DNA of 64,000 bases from Bigelowiella natans CCMP2755. Lineage: Eukaryota > Protista > Cercozoa. This document shows, piece by piece, positions 1 to 12,696 of the stretch. The stretch covers positions 62,001-126,000 of the forward strand of contig ADNK01001594.1 of the NCBI GenBank assembly GCA_000320545.1, read 5' to 3'. Positions within the stretch are counted from its first letter, which is position 1, and each line of letters begins with the position of its first letter. The position numbers and the translations under genes were made by a program. Under the pieces are notes generated by a model, which saw only the letters and a program-made list of their open reading frames with translations, did no database searches and was not told the origin of the DNA.

Positions 1-1761
1 AACATTTGAACTTCATTCCAAAAATGGTAAAGGTTTTGTTTATGATATTTTATTGTAGTTGATAAATTGACCTGGGTGGCACTATTACATTTCCAGGTGC
101 TGAATGAAAAGAAGATCTGGTATGAATGATAAACATAAATTTGATAAATAGGAATGTACCGTCCCCAGCAATTGACCGGACGTCGAGAGTTTCAATATTG
201 ATACGCCGGACTATATTCCTACCCTCTCTTGTCTAAAAACCCGGAAAATGCGTATAATTGTAGTACAACTTTTTGATTCAGTTTTGTACCGTGTCAGCGA
301 CAAATAGTAATTGCAGGTCAACAATGGCCACATACTCAATAATGGTCGGATTTCGGAATCTAAGTAATATCCGTACCATAACTTCAGAACTTCGTAATAA
401 GTTTGCTTAAATGTGTACGTTGCAAAAGAGCCAATGCCATCAGAAATCAAATCACTATTCGTAGTGTCTGATTCAAAGAGCGGTGTCACCAATGAGCCTA
501 GAGCATTAGTCACGGAACTGTTCAAGCTGAAAATTGCGCCGAAACCAGTACTATTTACTGAAAATCCTGCGCTGAAATACCTGTACACCATATACTCAAT
601 TATTATTTCCATTTTCATTTGACAAAGTCAACTACAGGGAATTATTGCTTATTGTAATGCTTCTTAAAGTTCCCCCAGAGCTAGCATCCAGAAGAGAATT
701 AAAGCTCGAGGATGAGAGTACGGTGGTAACCTGATTCAATTGCTTCAAAAAACCGAAATTTGCAATAAACGGAATTCTACCTCCATACTTGTAGCCCTCA
801 AGTCAACCCGTCTGATTCTTACTCTCTCAAGTAAGAAACAATAATCGAAGAAAGGATCTGTCGCGATAGAGAATATTTCTTCACCACTTGCACTAGTAGC
901 AGGTCCATCTTGAAGCCCTCCGCCAAGTCCTGAAGAGCCACTTCCATCTCCTTCCGGGAATACGTTAACCACATTCTGAAAAATATACAAATTTCATAAT
1001 ATGATTCATACTAGAATCGTCTTCCTCACAACCAATGGATCTTCGAGGTCAAATAAACTGATTCCGAAGTCCTACACAACAGTATTAACAGTCCCATGAT
1101 CGCAGGCGAAGAGGATATTATCTGCATGTTTACAATATCTGAGTTTATTGCAAACAGTTTGGAGCGTTCTTTATTGATAAAATCAATTTCACTCAGCCGA
1201 GCCATAGAATCGATGTTGATGATGTCCTCATCTGCGACTTCGAGTCCGCCATTCAAGTCAATTGCTCCAATTCTCCCAGAAGAAGATAAAGTGGTCTGAT
1301 TACATTTTGAAATCATCTATCCTCATTGGGACAAAATTTTACATGTTCAGTAACCTCATGAAAGAATAACTGGTTCGACTGTGGCTTCAACGAAAACTTG
1401 GCATTGTTAACTTTCCATGTCAAAGAAAATTATGTATAAAGTTACGAAATTTGGGCCTCATAACATTATCTCCTACGATTTAGCTGTTGGCCCGTCGTCT
1501 GATTGATCAGTTCAGATGCCTTTCTGAACACCTGAAATCGTGGCAAAGCACCATGCAGATCATCCACGTTCATGAACTTCAATTGCAAGATCAATCTTAC
1601 ATTTGAACATTGAATGATTAACTTTGCGTTGTTGCCCGCACACGCCACCGAAAATAAACGTATGTAGTAATCGTGATAGTGTTGAACTTTATTACCAGGT
1701 TATCATCGACAAAAAGGCAGTCAACAGCTAGCACGCATGTCAGCAGGAGGGTAAGCTCCAT
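1..1761 (-). CDS. Secreted NHL-repeat (beta-propeller) protein, multi-exon, 3' end runs off the window
   Basis: ATG at 1761 gives the signal-like MELTLLLTCVLAVDC. Exon fragments carry NHL-like motifs (GLQDGPATSASGEEIFSIATDPFFDYCFLLERVRIRRVDL; SDGIGSFATYT). Short GT-AG introns. Confidence 0.6.
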
Positions 1762-2127
1762 TTTCCTCTCTCGCTACAAGCGGTTTTAAGCGTGTAGTAT
1801 GCACTTTTTTAGTTGTCGCAGATCAGAATATCAAAGGATTCGTACGGAACGTTCATTTTTAAGTTGTCGCAGACCAGAGCATCCAAGGACGACTCGTGCC
1901 ACCTTCCTTCTTCCTCAGACTGGGAAGTTAGTGCTCGAGGGAAGCACCTTCGTTTCTCTCGGATTCCACTAATCCCCTCGAAACCATGCCAATAGTTGTA
2001 TGCGACATCAACATCACATGTCGCACTACTAAGATCGTAAGTTAATTTTCTACACGTTAGTTAACTGCTCGAACAATTCGCTGTCACCATGTCTAGCGGA
2101 GCCTCATGTTCAGCGTGGCCTCCGAAA
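1762..2127. promoter_or_regulatory. Bidirectional promoter with four TGTCGCA/TGCGACA motifs
   Basis: Motifs at 1814, 1865, 2001 and 2019 between divergent ATGs 366 bp apart. Confidence 0.5.
1806..1889. repeat. Two ~30-bp direct repeats (51-bp period) in the divergent promoter
   Basis: agttgtcgcagatcagaatatcaaagga at 1811 and agttgtcgcagaccagagcatccaagga at 1862. Confidence 0.8.
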
Positions 2128-5100
2128 ATGACGCTCGTGTTTCTAACATTCCTTTTATGCACCTTTCGATCCGAATCGCAACAGCTCGTGGATCCGGTAT
2201 CCACCGTTGTAAATTGACGAAGTTTTAAAGATTGACGCAATATCTTTCGCATTACTTCCTCCATTGTTGCCAATTCGACTAGAACGTCAGATCTCTAGAA
2301 GTAATCCCGAATACCAGCCCTGCTGATATCACACGATGTAAGTAATTTTATTAAAGAAACATGTTGTAGATTCTTGTCGATAGCCATATCATTTTCTCTT
2401 GTGTGAAATTATATTTAGGGGAGCAACCACTAAGCTTTGTCTTCAGTGGATCCACAAGGGAGATAATATTTGGAGATCGTGCCTCCAACATGCAAGATGT
2501 GAAAGCTATCAATATCGACACACTGGAAACGAGAAGAATTGCAGGCGGGAAAGTGGGGCAGGCTGGACTTGTAAGCAGGAGTATTTATTTAGGGTCGATG
2601 CTCATATTTTATGAAGTGAAATTGCAGGTTCGATTTGACGCGCAAGGAACAAATGCAAATTTCCAAGATCCATGGGGAATTTGCTGGGCTAATTCAGAGC
2701 AAACTGAAGTTTTTATAGTTGATCTTGTAATTTGCATATGCTTGCATCATTGATGAACACTTACACTAAATTTTCTTCTAAGGAGTACCATGACGTTCGA
2801 AGGGTGAATATCATAACTACAAGAGTAAAATCACTGTTTTTGGAAATCTAGCCATGATAGAGGACTGATACAAACATCACAGGTCTCTCCTGGAGCTTTT
2901 GCTCTCAATTTGGACAATGAACTTGATCAAGATGGCCCGTTAGAGTCTGCACTAATAGCAAGGCCCTTCGGATGTGATACAAGCTTAGATTTTTCGGATC
3001 TATATGTTTCTGGGTCTGCCTCAGTCCGCAGAGTAAGCTTTGAAAATCAACAGGTGTGATAACAAAGGCCTAATTCAATTGTGGGTTCTAAAATAAATTT
3101 GTGTATCGACAACAGGTAACTTCAATTATTGCATTACCATCGGAGAGGCCGATTCCGCAACCCTTTGAAATATTCTACGACCTTTTTGCTACCGATCAAT
3201 ACATGTTAGAACAATATAATCAAATTGAGAATGCATCCTAGCTAAAATAAAATATCTCAGATATACCGCCCCATATGGACTCTATGAGAATCCAACACCT
3301 ATGCAGCATAACACTCAAGAGCAGATCCTATACCGTATTGACATTGAGACTGGGGAGAGAGAAGTGATAGCTGGAGGTCGATCATAAGTCTTTCAATTAT
3401 TATCGTTGTAAGCATAGCCAATAGAGCATGGCTTTTTGATACAGGTGTAATTGGTCCATCCGATGGCATTGGAACCAATGCCAGGTTAGAGCATACTCTA
3501 GTTTTAATTATATATTCAATATGCTTCGTTGAACAGGTTTAACTGGAGTCAAGCTATTACGGGAGACTCAAAGATGAATCCAACTGTGCTGTATATGGCT
3601 GACCATGTAATTCTCGCCCCAGCTCTCCCTCTTTCTATCTCTCGCGTGTCCTATCTCTGTCTCCTACATCCATCTTCCTTTCGTCTGTTCTTCAACTCGT
3701 TCCCAATCTATTTCGTCTGTTCATTCATAAGCATGAATATTCAGTTTAATCATGCAATTCGAGTTGTCGATCTTCAGAGCAATGAAGTCACCACACTCAT
3801 CGGACAATGTAACTAATATATATATTCATCGAGCTATTTTATGATTCAATCCTATTTCTTAGTGGGAAATGACTCTTATATTGATGGTATTGGGACCAAT
3901 GCTATTCTCAGTGCTCCTTTCGTGAGACCTTTTCAATTACAATGGATTCTTGATGTTCTAATGGAGTCAATATCAGGGGCTTTATTGGGATGAGAGCATC
4001 GAGTCTTTATTTATCTCCCAAACTTCAACTGAAGGATTCGTCTATGAAACTCCATTTCCATTCATCCAACCTGAGTCTTACGCACTTCAAATCGCTGCAG
4101 TTCCGACTCAGTCGCCTTCCATATCTCCAACAACCATTTCGCCTACGACAGATTCGCCAACAACCACATCACCGACAATATCTCCCAGTACAAGCCCTAC
4201 AACTGGAAGTCCACTTACTTCGAGTCCAAGTACCATAATGCCTACAGTTACTCCAAGCACAGGCGCGCCGACAACAAGATCACCTTCAACATCAAGCCCT
4301 ACGACTTGGAATCCAACGACAATGTCTCCGACGTGTGCTCCCTCTTCTGCGCATCCAACAAGATCTCCAACTTCACAAGCACCGACCAATGTTGCAATGA
4401 GGCGGATTGAAGATGTCATCCTAAGAAACCTATTATATCCAGTCGGGTAAGCATTTATATGTTTACTCATAAGATCATATCACGAGAACTTTTGATCAAA
4501 TCTAAGGGTGACAATTGAAGTTGGCGAGGATTTCCCACCCTTTGGCCCGCCTGGTGACCCGACAGATGTACAATTTTGAAAGTAACCTAGTGAGTAAAAG
4601 AATATCAAAAGCTTGTTCCTCAGGAAGGAAGCATCGCCCAGTTTTTTGTTCAAAGTTTGTCTCCGAATCCTATTCAGGTATATGAGATATATTGGCTTGT
4701 TTCTATAAATTGTGAATTGTACTATTCCAACCATCCCAGATATCATGCAGAAGCAACGACGAGGCAGTATTTGTTCTGGGTCAGAGTTCGTTCATATTAT
4801 CAGGTGAGTTGTTTAAAAGTTGCACATTAAAGTGTATGTTCATATGAATATAAAAATAGGTGAAGACCCAACTAGATGGACATGTTCTCAAAGGGAAGCA
4901 ATGGAATCAATCTATGTGTATGAGATCAGCTGCAACGGTAATACATCTGAATCTTGAAGGCTGTTGAGTCACAAATTTAAGGTTATAACTTCTCAGGTGG
5001 ATCCGTGACCAACTACACCGGAAACTTTGAAATTGGCTCTTCAAATTGTACTGAGCAATTCCTAAGCTTTAATGGAATTCTATCTCCAAATACGGCAGCA

Positions 5101-8100
5101 GGGTACATTCCAGAGTTCACTACATTGTGATATGAATAGCTGATAACATTTTGTAAATGAGAAGGTATGCGTGCGAGTTTCCCTGTTACGGGATTCCGAA
5201 TGCCAATTCAGGTAGATTTGTGAAGAAGAGAAGACATAATACTCATAACGACATCCATAACGACATCAACTCTGTTCTTTTCGATAATTAAAGGCTGCGG
5301 TGTGCCCGGATCTTCTAAAGTAGCTATTTTTGAAGTGGGAGCTGGATACACGAGAGGAAGCTTTGTTCGTACAGGATCTATGGAATGTAAGGCATATATG
5401 TAGTATTATGTTGGCCCTAATGTCTACATTCTTGTTTATGTAGGCACTGCCACCGATCTTGAAGTTAGAGAGACATCGTCTCCATTCCGTTTAGATTTCA
5501 GCATTAGAGAAAAGGCTTGGCCAATCATCGAGAGTCTCCAAGTAGAAAGGGTGACGAAAAGTATCATGATTATGATATTATGATTCTGTTCCTCAGAGCG
5601 ATTTTTTATAAAATTTAGTCGACCACCAAATTCACTACTGGGGTCGATGGATTCTTTGTAGTGACGATTTCAACGAGCAGGATTGTTGTTACAGCATTTG
5701 CAAACCTTAAATCTCAAGGAGTTCTCGGCGATGAAAATGGAATGGCATGTCCTGAAGTAAGCACATAGTAGTTATCATGATTTATTCAGACAGTGACAAC
5801 ATATAATTGTGTGCATAGGTTTCAGTGGGAGAAATCAATGCTGAAATTCTTTCATGTTAGTGACAAACGGAAGCAGTTGACTATAACTGATAATCTTTAC
5901 ATATTATAGGTGGACCAAACAACGTAACTTTCGTCGCTCCTCATCATACCGACGTTTGCTTCGGTTTGAACCTATCTTTGAATGAAGATTGCGGGTATAG
6001 ACAAAGGACAATTTCTGCACGGTTATGTAGCGGGGTGTAACATAATTGGTTGTGATTCTATATAAAATTAAGGTATCAGCCTGTCCGAATAAGGAACCCG
6101 GACGGATTGCTTGGCGAGAAAACTGATGGAGGATCGTAAAATTAAACCTTAAACATATATATTTGAAGTGACTATCTGTCATAATCAATCATTCACTAGT
6201 TCACTAGTGGTTTTTCCAAAACATTTACACAAAATTAAATGTCCAGGCTCTTGCCCGCTGGGAGGCCAAGGAGTTAGTCATATATATTTCTTTTTCTTCC
6301 CTAGAAATCTGAATCACTTAGTTCCTTTCTACGCCATCACTAGTTCTACTACACTGAAGCATGTAGCAACCCCGATTCTTTCGCGTCCCCAGAGGAATGC
6401 GCAAATATCGAAAGTAGTAACCAAAATACCAAAATCGCTGCATTGATTTATCTCGTAAAAAATGTACACATGCAACAGTTGACCAATCAAACTGCGCATT
6501 TGGTGCTGGGAATGAATGCGTTCGATGCGATTCAAATGCTGTTTGCCCGGGAGGTTTCCGTATGTGGCCGATCGAAGGTAAAATGTATATTTGATTTGAG
6601 AGAGTACAGCTACATCAGAGAAAGAGAAAATATTTGACGATTTAAGGATACTGGACTTTTGATGAAAGTCTTGGAAGTGTCAAGAGATGCCCAATTCCGT
6701 CTACAGTATTGAATAAAAAGTAAAAACATTGGATAACAGCTGAATCTTTTTTTTTTGTGACAAGGTACGTTGTAGAGGATGGGATGTAACAAACTCTGAA
6801 ACACGATGTGGAAATGGGTACAAAATAGGGTGGATACAGCAAAACAGTGGCAATTAGAAGTGAAAATGCGTATGCTCTAGGTATACAAACACAATGTGCG
6901 CTTTTTGCGCAAATGGGTTTTATACTCAGCTAGGGGAGTGCGTACGTTGTCCTGAAAATTCAGAATCTGGATATGCGATCATTGTATTGGTAACCTTTTA
7001 ATCTGAACTCTAGATTTTTGTCATTCGTTAAGCATTATCCTAATACAGATCTGCCTAGCTACATTGCTGTTTAGCATTGCGTACGCCTCCGTTGCAACAA
7101 GCCAGGTGGTACTCGAAGGAATTTCCAGAACACTGCGTAAAGAGTTTCTAAAATGGCTTGCGAAGGATTTCGTAATTTGGAGTACGTACCCTCGCATTTA
7201 TCAAATATTTGTATCCTTCCTGAGATATGATTTACATTTTCAGCAATCCTGCTCCTGCAGTTGCTACCTTTGACCATCAGTGTAGGCGGTGAAACGTCAC
7301 CGGCCTTTGCTACTCTATTTTCATGGTTGATGATGTGATTTTTCGGAACATTATGGCTATGACAATAGACTGTGTTAGGTTGAGAATCTTTATATTGCAA
7401 TTCGAAGCAATGCAACTGGAATGCCTTTCAAACCGGGATAATTCCTTTTCGTTTGAGTAATATTTCTGTTATTTTGTTTAAAGTGAATCAGTTTTAAAGT
7501 CTATCGGTGACAAGTGAATGTTAAGAAGCAATGTTTTATTTCCCACCCTAGGTTCACGTTTTTCACCCTGGTTTTATCTGCGCTAGTTCTCATACATTTT
7601 CTCCGCAAGTATTACTTCATAGTTTAATAAATAATGACCAAAAAAATTCAAAATTTTGCATAAGAACTGTTGAGGGTCATCCGCACCTGGTGCGAGGGAT
7701 TAAGACGCCATTGAATCCTTTCTATATTCTTCTATGGTGTTTTTCCAACAAATTGATACTTTCCGGTAAAAGGACCAATTCTAACAACTTTGTGGGAATA
7801 AAGCAATTTCTCTTTGCGTTCGTTATCATGGCATACGCCCCAGCAACTTTTTCGGCCTTCTCGGTGTGTCACTGTATACCATCCAATGATGAGGTTTTAT
7901 AATGTTCCCATATTCATAGCGAATGGCAAAATTGATTAATATCGCTCGGTTCTCACGATAGGATGGCGACACAACCGTTGTGTGGGCAAATCCGAGTGTA
8001 CGATGTTTTGGTATTACTTCAAAACAATTTGATTAGTTCAAAGTACATTCACGAATAAATTATGTTGAAATGGATAGCTATATTTTTCTAGGTCAAAAGC

Positions 8101-9152
8101 ACTCTCCAATTTTTGCTATGGGCATCCTAGTCGTACTTTTCCATAGCATATGGTATAACCATAAAGGATGTGCAACTCGACCAGATATGTTAGATTTTGT
8201 GTATTGTACAAATATCTACCAGGTTTCCCCTTTGGGCATATTTCAAACTTAGAGATATACATCTATTACCTGATAGCTCTGCGAAAACAGAAATCTTGCA
8301 TTACAAAAGGTGTGGATACCCATCACATGGTTTTAATGTTTTAATTCTGACAAACAATTATTTTTCAAGGTGCTTTGGGGACGATTATCTTCCGAAATAT
8401 CACTGGATATTCCATTTCCAAACACTTTTAGCTTTTATTCTATGCTCCACTCGTGTATATTTCTCAGAGTTTTCGGATGGAGCCCAGGTTTTGAAACTCA
8501 TTCTAAACTTGGTTGCAACAGGGGCTTTAGCATCCACAATTTGTGGGCTCCAGCCACATAAATGTAACACAAAGTGGAAATTTCCTGGACAGTTTTTAGT
8601 TCTATTTCTGGTCAGTCTTTCCATAATCCTGGATTTTGTTAATTATCTACATCTCGAGCATGATGCGATATCAAGTGTTTTGTTGAAGCATGTTCAAATA
8701 TCATATTTGGTCTCACATGCTTTGTGTTATTTGTGCTTGGAGGTTCTTTCTATTTTTTAATATTTCACACAAAACACAAGAGATACTTTTCCGGGCACTT
8801 TCTATTTCCTAAAATTATAAGACCTAACAGTAAAGTAATGAGCGTTGAGGCTTTCAGTGCGAAAAAGAGCAGTCTTCCAAGGCACATAACTCCCAACCTT
8901 GCATCACGTGATGACATTGCTGTACATGAGGGAAATATTTGCAGAGAACTGACAGCAGACGGTTCCCAAATACAACTTGGAAACGTTCGTGCTTTGGTTG
9001 GTGATAACCCCGATCGCAAAATTCACAGCTTAGAAAGAGAACTTCTGCAGGACACTTTAAAATCGAAATCATCTCCTGTTCAACACACTAAAATTGCTGG
9101 AAACCAGATCGATCTCCATGCTGATGAGCAGCTAGACATAGTGAAGGTTTAA
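2128..9152 (+). CDS. Large multi-exon surface protein: signal peptide, NHL repeats, P/T/S mucin-like stalk, Cys-rich repeats, multi-TM C-terminal domain
   Basis: ATG 2128 MTLVFLTFLLCTFRSES. NHL motifs (DAQGTNANFQDPWGI, DGIGTNARFNW, NHAIRVVDLQSNEVTTLIG). PT-rich ORF at 4238-4450. Cys-rich exons ~5740-6960. Hydrophobic exons ~7000-8780. Last exon ORF ends 9152. Dozens of short introns. Confidence 0.7.
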
Positions 9153-9439
9153 TTCATGTGTGGACTACCACATTTGAAATGCTTACTTCATGCCAGCTGT
9201 CGCGTAGTCAGTTCTGAATTCGTGTGAACATAGTGAATTTTAACAAATGAAGAACACAAATGTGACTGAATTACGAATCAACGTGTGCGGATCACTAGAT
9301 CACAACATGATGGCTGAAACAATTGCACTGGCTAATGCTTGGCCTAGTCGTTGTGCTCGTCAGCACAAGAGCAGTCTAGTACATGTGCCATTACTGTGTC
9401 CACAATGCACGCACATCATGACAGATCATCAGGCGTGCA

Positions 9440-10450
9440 TGGTGCACTAGCTAGCTAGCTAGTGCAGTGTGATGCAACAAAGCTAGAAAGCTAGAAAGCC
9501 AGCCATTTGAATCGTGACAACGCAAGTGAACGCACGCTGCACATGCAGGATGGTCGGGTTCATTTTTCACGTGAATTGCACAAGCTAGCAAGCCTAGAAG
9601 CTGCCACTCTAGCTAGCTCTAGAGCTAGCTACGCTGCACTGCTGTCACCACTGGACTAGACCAGCTAGTTAGCTAGTTAGCTAGCTCTAGCAGCTAGAGC
9701 TAGCTAGCTAGGTCATGCTAGCATGTCTAGATGTCCGTCGTGCGTGGGTTTGCGTTTTCACGATGACATGTCATGCACTGCTGCTGCTGCTGCTATGATA
9801 GACATAGTAATAGCATATATATAATACATATGATATTACGTGTCCATGATAAGTATATATATAATATATATGATATTACGTGTCTATAATTGCTGCTGCT
9901 TTCTAGCTTCCACATGCTAGCCAGCTAGCGTGCTAGGCGTGCTGCGCGCCATGCAAGTGCTGTCGAGGCATTCGCAATGACGCACGTCGCCAGCTTCGTC
10001 ATGACGACAAGCAGTGCTAGAGCAGACGACACTGCTAGACTGCCACAGCTAGCTAGCTAGCTAGAGCTGTCTTGTGCTAGTGTGATGACCGCAGACGTTC
10101 TAGTTGTTCTAGCTAGCTGCAGCTAGCTAGCAGTCAATTTTCTCGCGCAACAATCATGCACAACACTAGTTCTAGATCAACTCCCTTCCTCTGCTCTAGT
10201 ACTAGCTAGCTAGTCCTGCTAGCTGCTAGCCTGCTCTAGCAGTGCTTCTTTTGTAGATGAGATCGATGTGCGATGGCTAGCAGATGGGTGTTCATTGCTA
10301 GATTACCGCAACATGATGATCTAGTGATGACAGTACAAGAATCGCTAGAATCGCCGCGCATTGGTCACTGTCGCCTAGCTAGTTAGCCACACTAGCACTC
10401 TAGCACACACTATGCGCGCCATTTTAGCTAGCTAGCTAGTGCTCTAGTGC
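9440..10450. repeat. (CTAG)n/GCTAGC-rich intergenic tract
   Basis: Dozens of CTAG, many as tandem ctagctagctag. Perfect palindrome tgcactagctagctagctagtgca at 9443-9466. Confidence 0.85.
9812..9890. repeat. 40-bp-period tandem duplication (2 copies)
   Basis: agcatatatataatacatatgatattacgtgtccatgat vs agtatatatataatatatatgatattacgtgtctataat. Confidence 0.9.
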
Positions 10451-10818
10451 TACTCAAAGTACTGCCCGTTGCTACTGTCGATGCGACACTACGCTAGGGT
10501 ACATAGTAATTATGCGGTCCGTTTTTTTTAATTTTTTTTTTAAATGTACCAAATTATGTACTTGTGAGCATAAAATTTAGACACTGCATGGGTCGTAAGA
10601 GATCGATTGGCCATGAATTCAATTATTGAATCTCATTTGATCCGCTTCTGCTTGTGTTAATGAACATGCGATTCAGAAATGACACATTGCCAAGACTGAA
10701 GCTTAAGACAGAAGTTTGATGGAGTATGATAACATTCTCTAATATTTTACTTGGCTCCACCAGACAATTAATGCTTTACATAATCTAGCGGTAACAGCTA
10801 TCAATAAAATTGTATTGC

Positions 10819-11671
10819 CTACTCTGCAGCAGGAGGAACTTCCTCAGAGGATGCCTCAACAACAGGAACAGTTTCAGCTGCTTCCTCGACTGCGTCCTCT
10901 TCAAATTCAACAGAATCTACGACCTCAACAGGATCCTCGATGTACTGACCCTTCCAGTTTGGCCCCACCTCCTTGCGTCCCTTACGCTTTCTCCTGAAAT
11001 ACTTGCTACCTGTTTCTTCGGCCTCTCTCTCTCTGACCCTTACAAAAATATGGCTACTTGGCTTCCTGATTCGATTGACTCTTCCTTGAGCTCTGTATTT
11101 GAATCGATACGCAATTGGGCCCTCGTCAACCCAGATATCAGAGATGTAGAGCTTGGATTTCTTCATGTCTTGGTTATGTGCAGCATTTGCGGCTGCTGAT
11201 CGAACTACCTTCAACACATTTTCACATGCTCTGTAAGGCATAAACTGCAGAATCGCTAAAGCCTCTTCATAGGAACGCCCACGAATGGTATCAACAACAC
11301 GACGGTATTTATGTGGCGAACCACGAATGAAGCGGAGAACCGCCGTCGCATCTTTATCATCTTGTGCTGTCTGGGTGGGTGCCTCAACCTCCTGCACAGC
11401 AGTATCTGTAACTCTTACGGAAGTATCGTACTTTCTTGGTGTATCGACGAACTGATGACGTTGGAGTTTCGAAGGGCACATAGGGCTCATCGTCCTCTGC
11501 ATAAGTGGAGTGTTAACCGCAGCGAATCCTGTGGTTGACATTCTTGCAGTTCTACCGAGGCCAAGAATCGAGCTTGTGGACATGTCTCTTGATGAGATAA
11601 CGGCCAACGAAAAGGAGCGCACAGGCTCCTGCCGCCAGAGCAAGTAAGGGGGGGGAGGAGCGGCGGCCCAT
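10819..11671 (-). CDS. rpl22: Nucleus-encoded plastid 50S ribosomal protein L22 with bipartite leader and acidic C-terminal extension
   Basis: L22 core ATAVLRFIRGSPHKYRRVVDTIRGRSYEEALAIL...DEGP...RAQGRVNRIRKPSSHI. S/T/R-rich transit-like segment. The signal peptide from ATG 11671 is 1 nt out of frame with the main ORF (see findings). Confidence 0.9.
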
Positions 11672-12696
11672 AGTGTGTGGTACTTACGCGAAATTAATAA
11701 AGTTATAGACTTAAGAGACTAGACCCTGCAAGCAGAACTCTACCAATAGCAAGTCATTTTTTCCCTAAATAATAGAATTTTAAATGTCGTCACTGCTTTG
11801 GTATATATAAGGAATTTAAATAAGACAACAAGAAAGGCTTTTTGGATCTGACTATCGAATCGTTCTCTACGAAGGAAAATTAATACTAAATACCTACCTA
11901 TATATTTAGAATATTATTAAATACAATGTAATTATTATAATACGACAAATTGAGAACGAACTAATTTAATTTATTTAGAGTAACAAATTCTTTCTGGAGC
12001 GAATAAATGTTGATTAGGAATAGTGATGTCTTACCTACAAATTCTCAGGTGGTTCAAGGAATTCACCTCTCAAACATGTAGAGATCTAATTTTAAGTTCT
12101 TTTTTGTGTCGCTTCTCTCTATATAACTATAAATATAATATATTTTTTATAAAAAGTATCAATGCCGGTTGTATCTCCTCCTTCCCGTCTGTACCTGACA
12201 GACAATTATTGCCGTCGCCGAAAAACAAATAATTTTTCGTCAATCGATTCTTTGTTGGAAGTATAATATCCTGGAAGTATATTTCCAATATTTTTGAGCG
12301 CTGTTCGGATGTTTGATAAATAATAATGCGGGTTTAGTCCGATCTCAAGTTCAGATAACCGTGCTCGTGGTGCTGAGCGCCAATAGCATTGTTACATTGA
12401 TTTTAGTACCTACGACATAGATATAAACGTTTAGAAGTGTGTATTTTTTGATATTGTTGTCGTAAAAGAAGATCTGAACATCTGATTACAAAAAGTGTGG
12501 AGGCCGCACGGGTAGGCCGTAGGGATTATGTGTGGGGGCATGCTATGGAGACTCAGGGGGGGATAAATATTGAAATATAATCTACCTAATTTTCTATAAA
12601 GTGACAACAGAGCTGGTAGATGGGAATGGATATTGATAATAACTATCCTTCGGTACCAAAAACTCACATGTGCGTATTTGGTCAGATCAAATAAAG

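Noticed and set aside
11686-11757. Upstream ATG with two in-frame TAG before rpl22, suggesting stop-codon reassignment
   Set aside because: TAG, TAA and TGA all terminate conserved genes here (rpl22, RACK1, arylsulfatases), and the read-through peptide is not signal-like.
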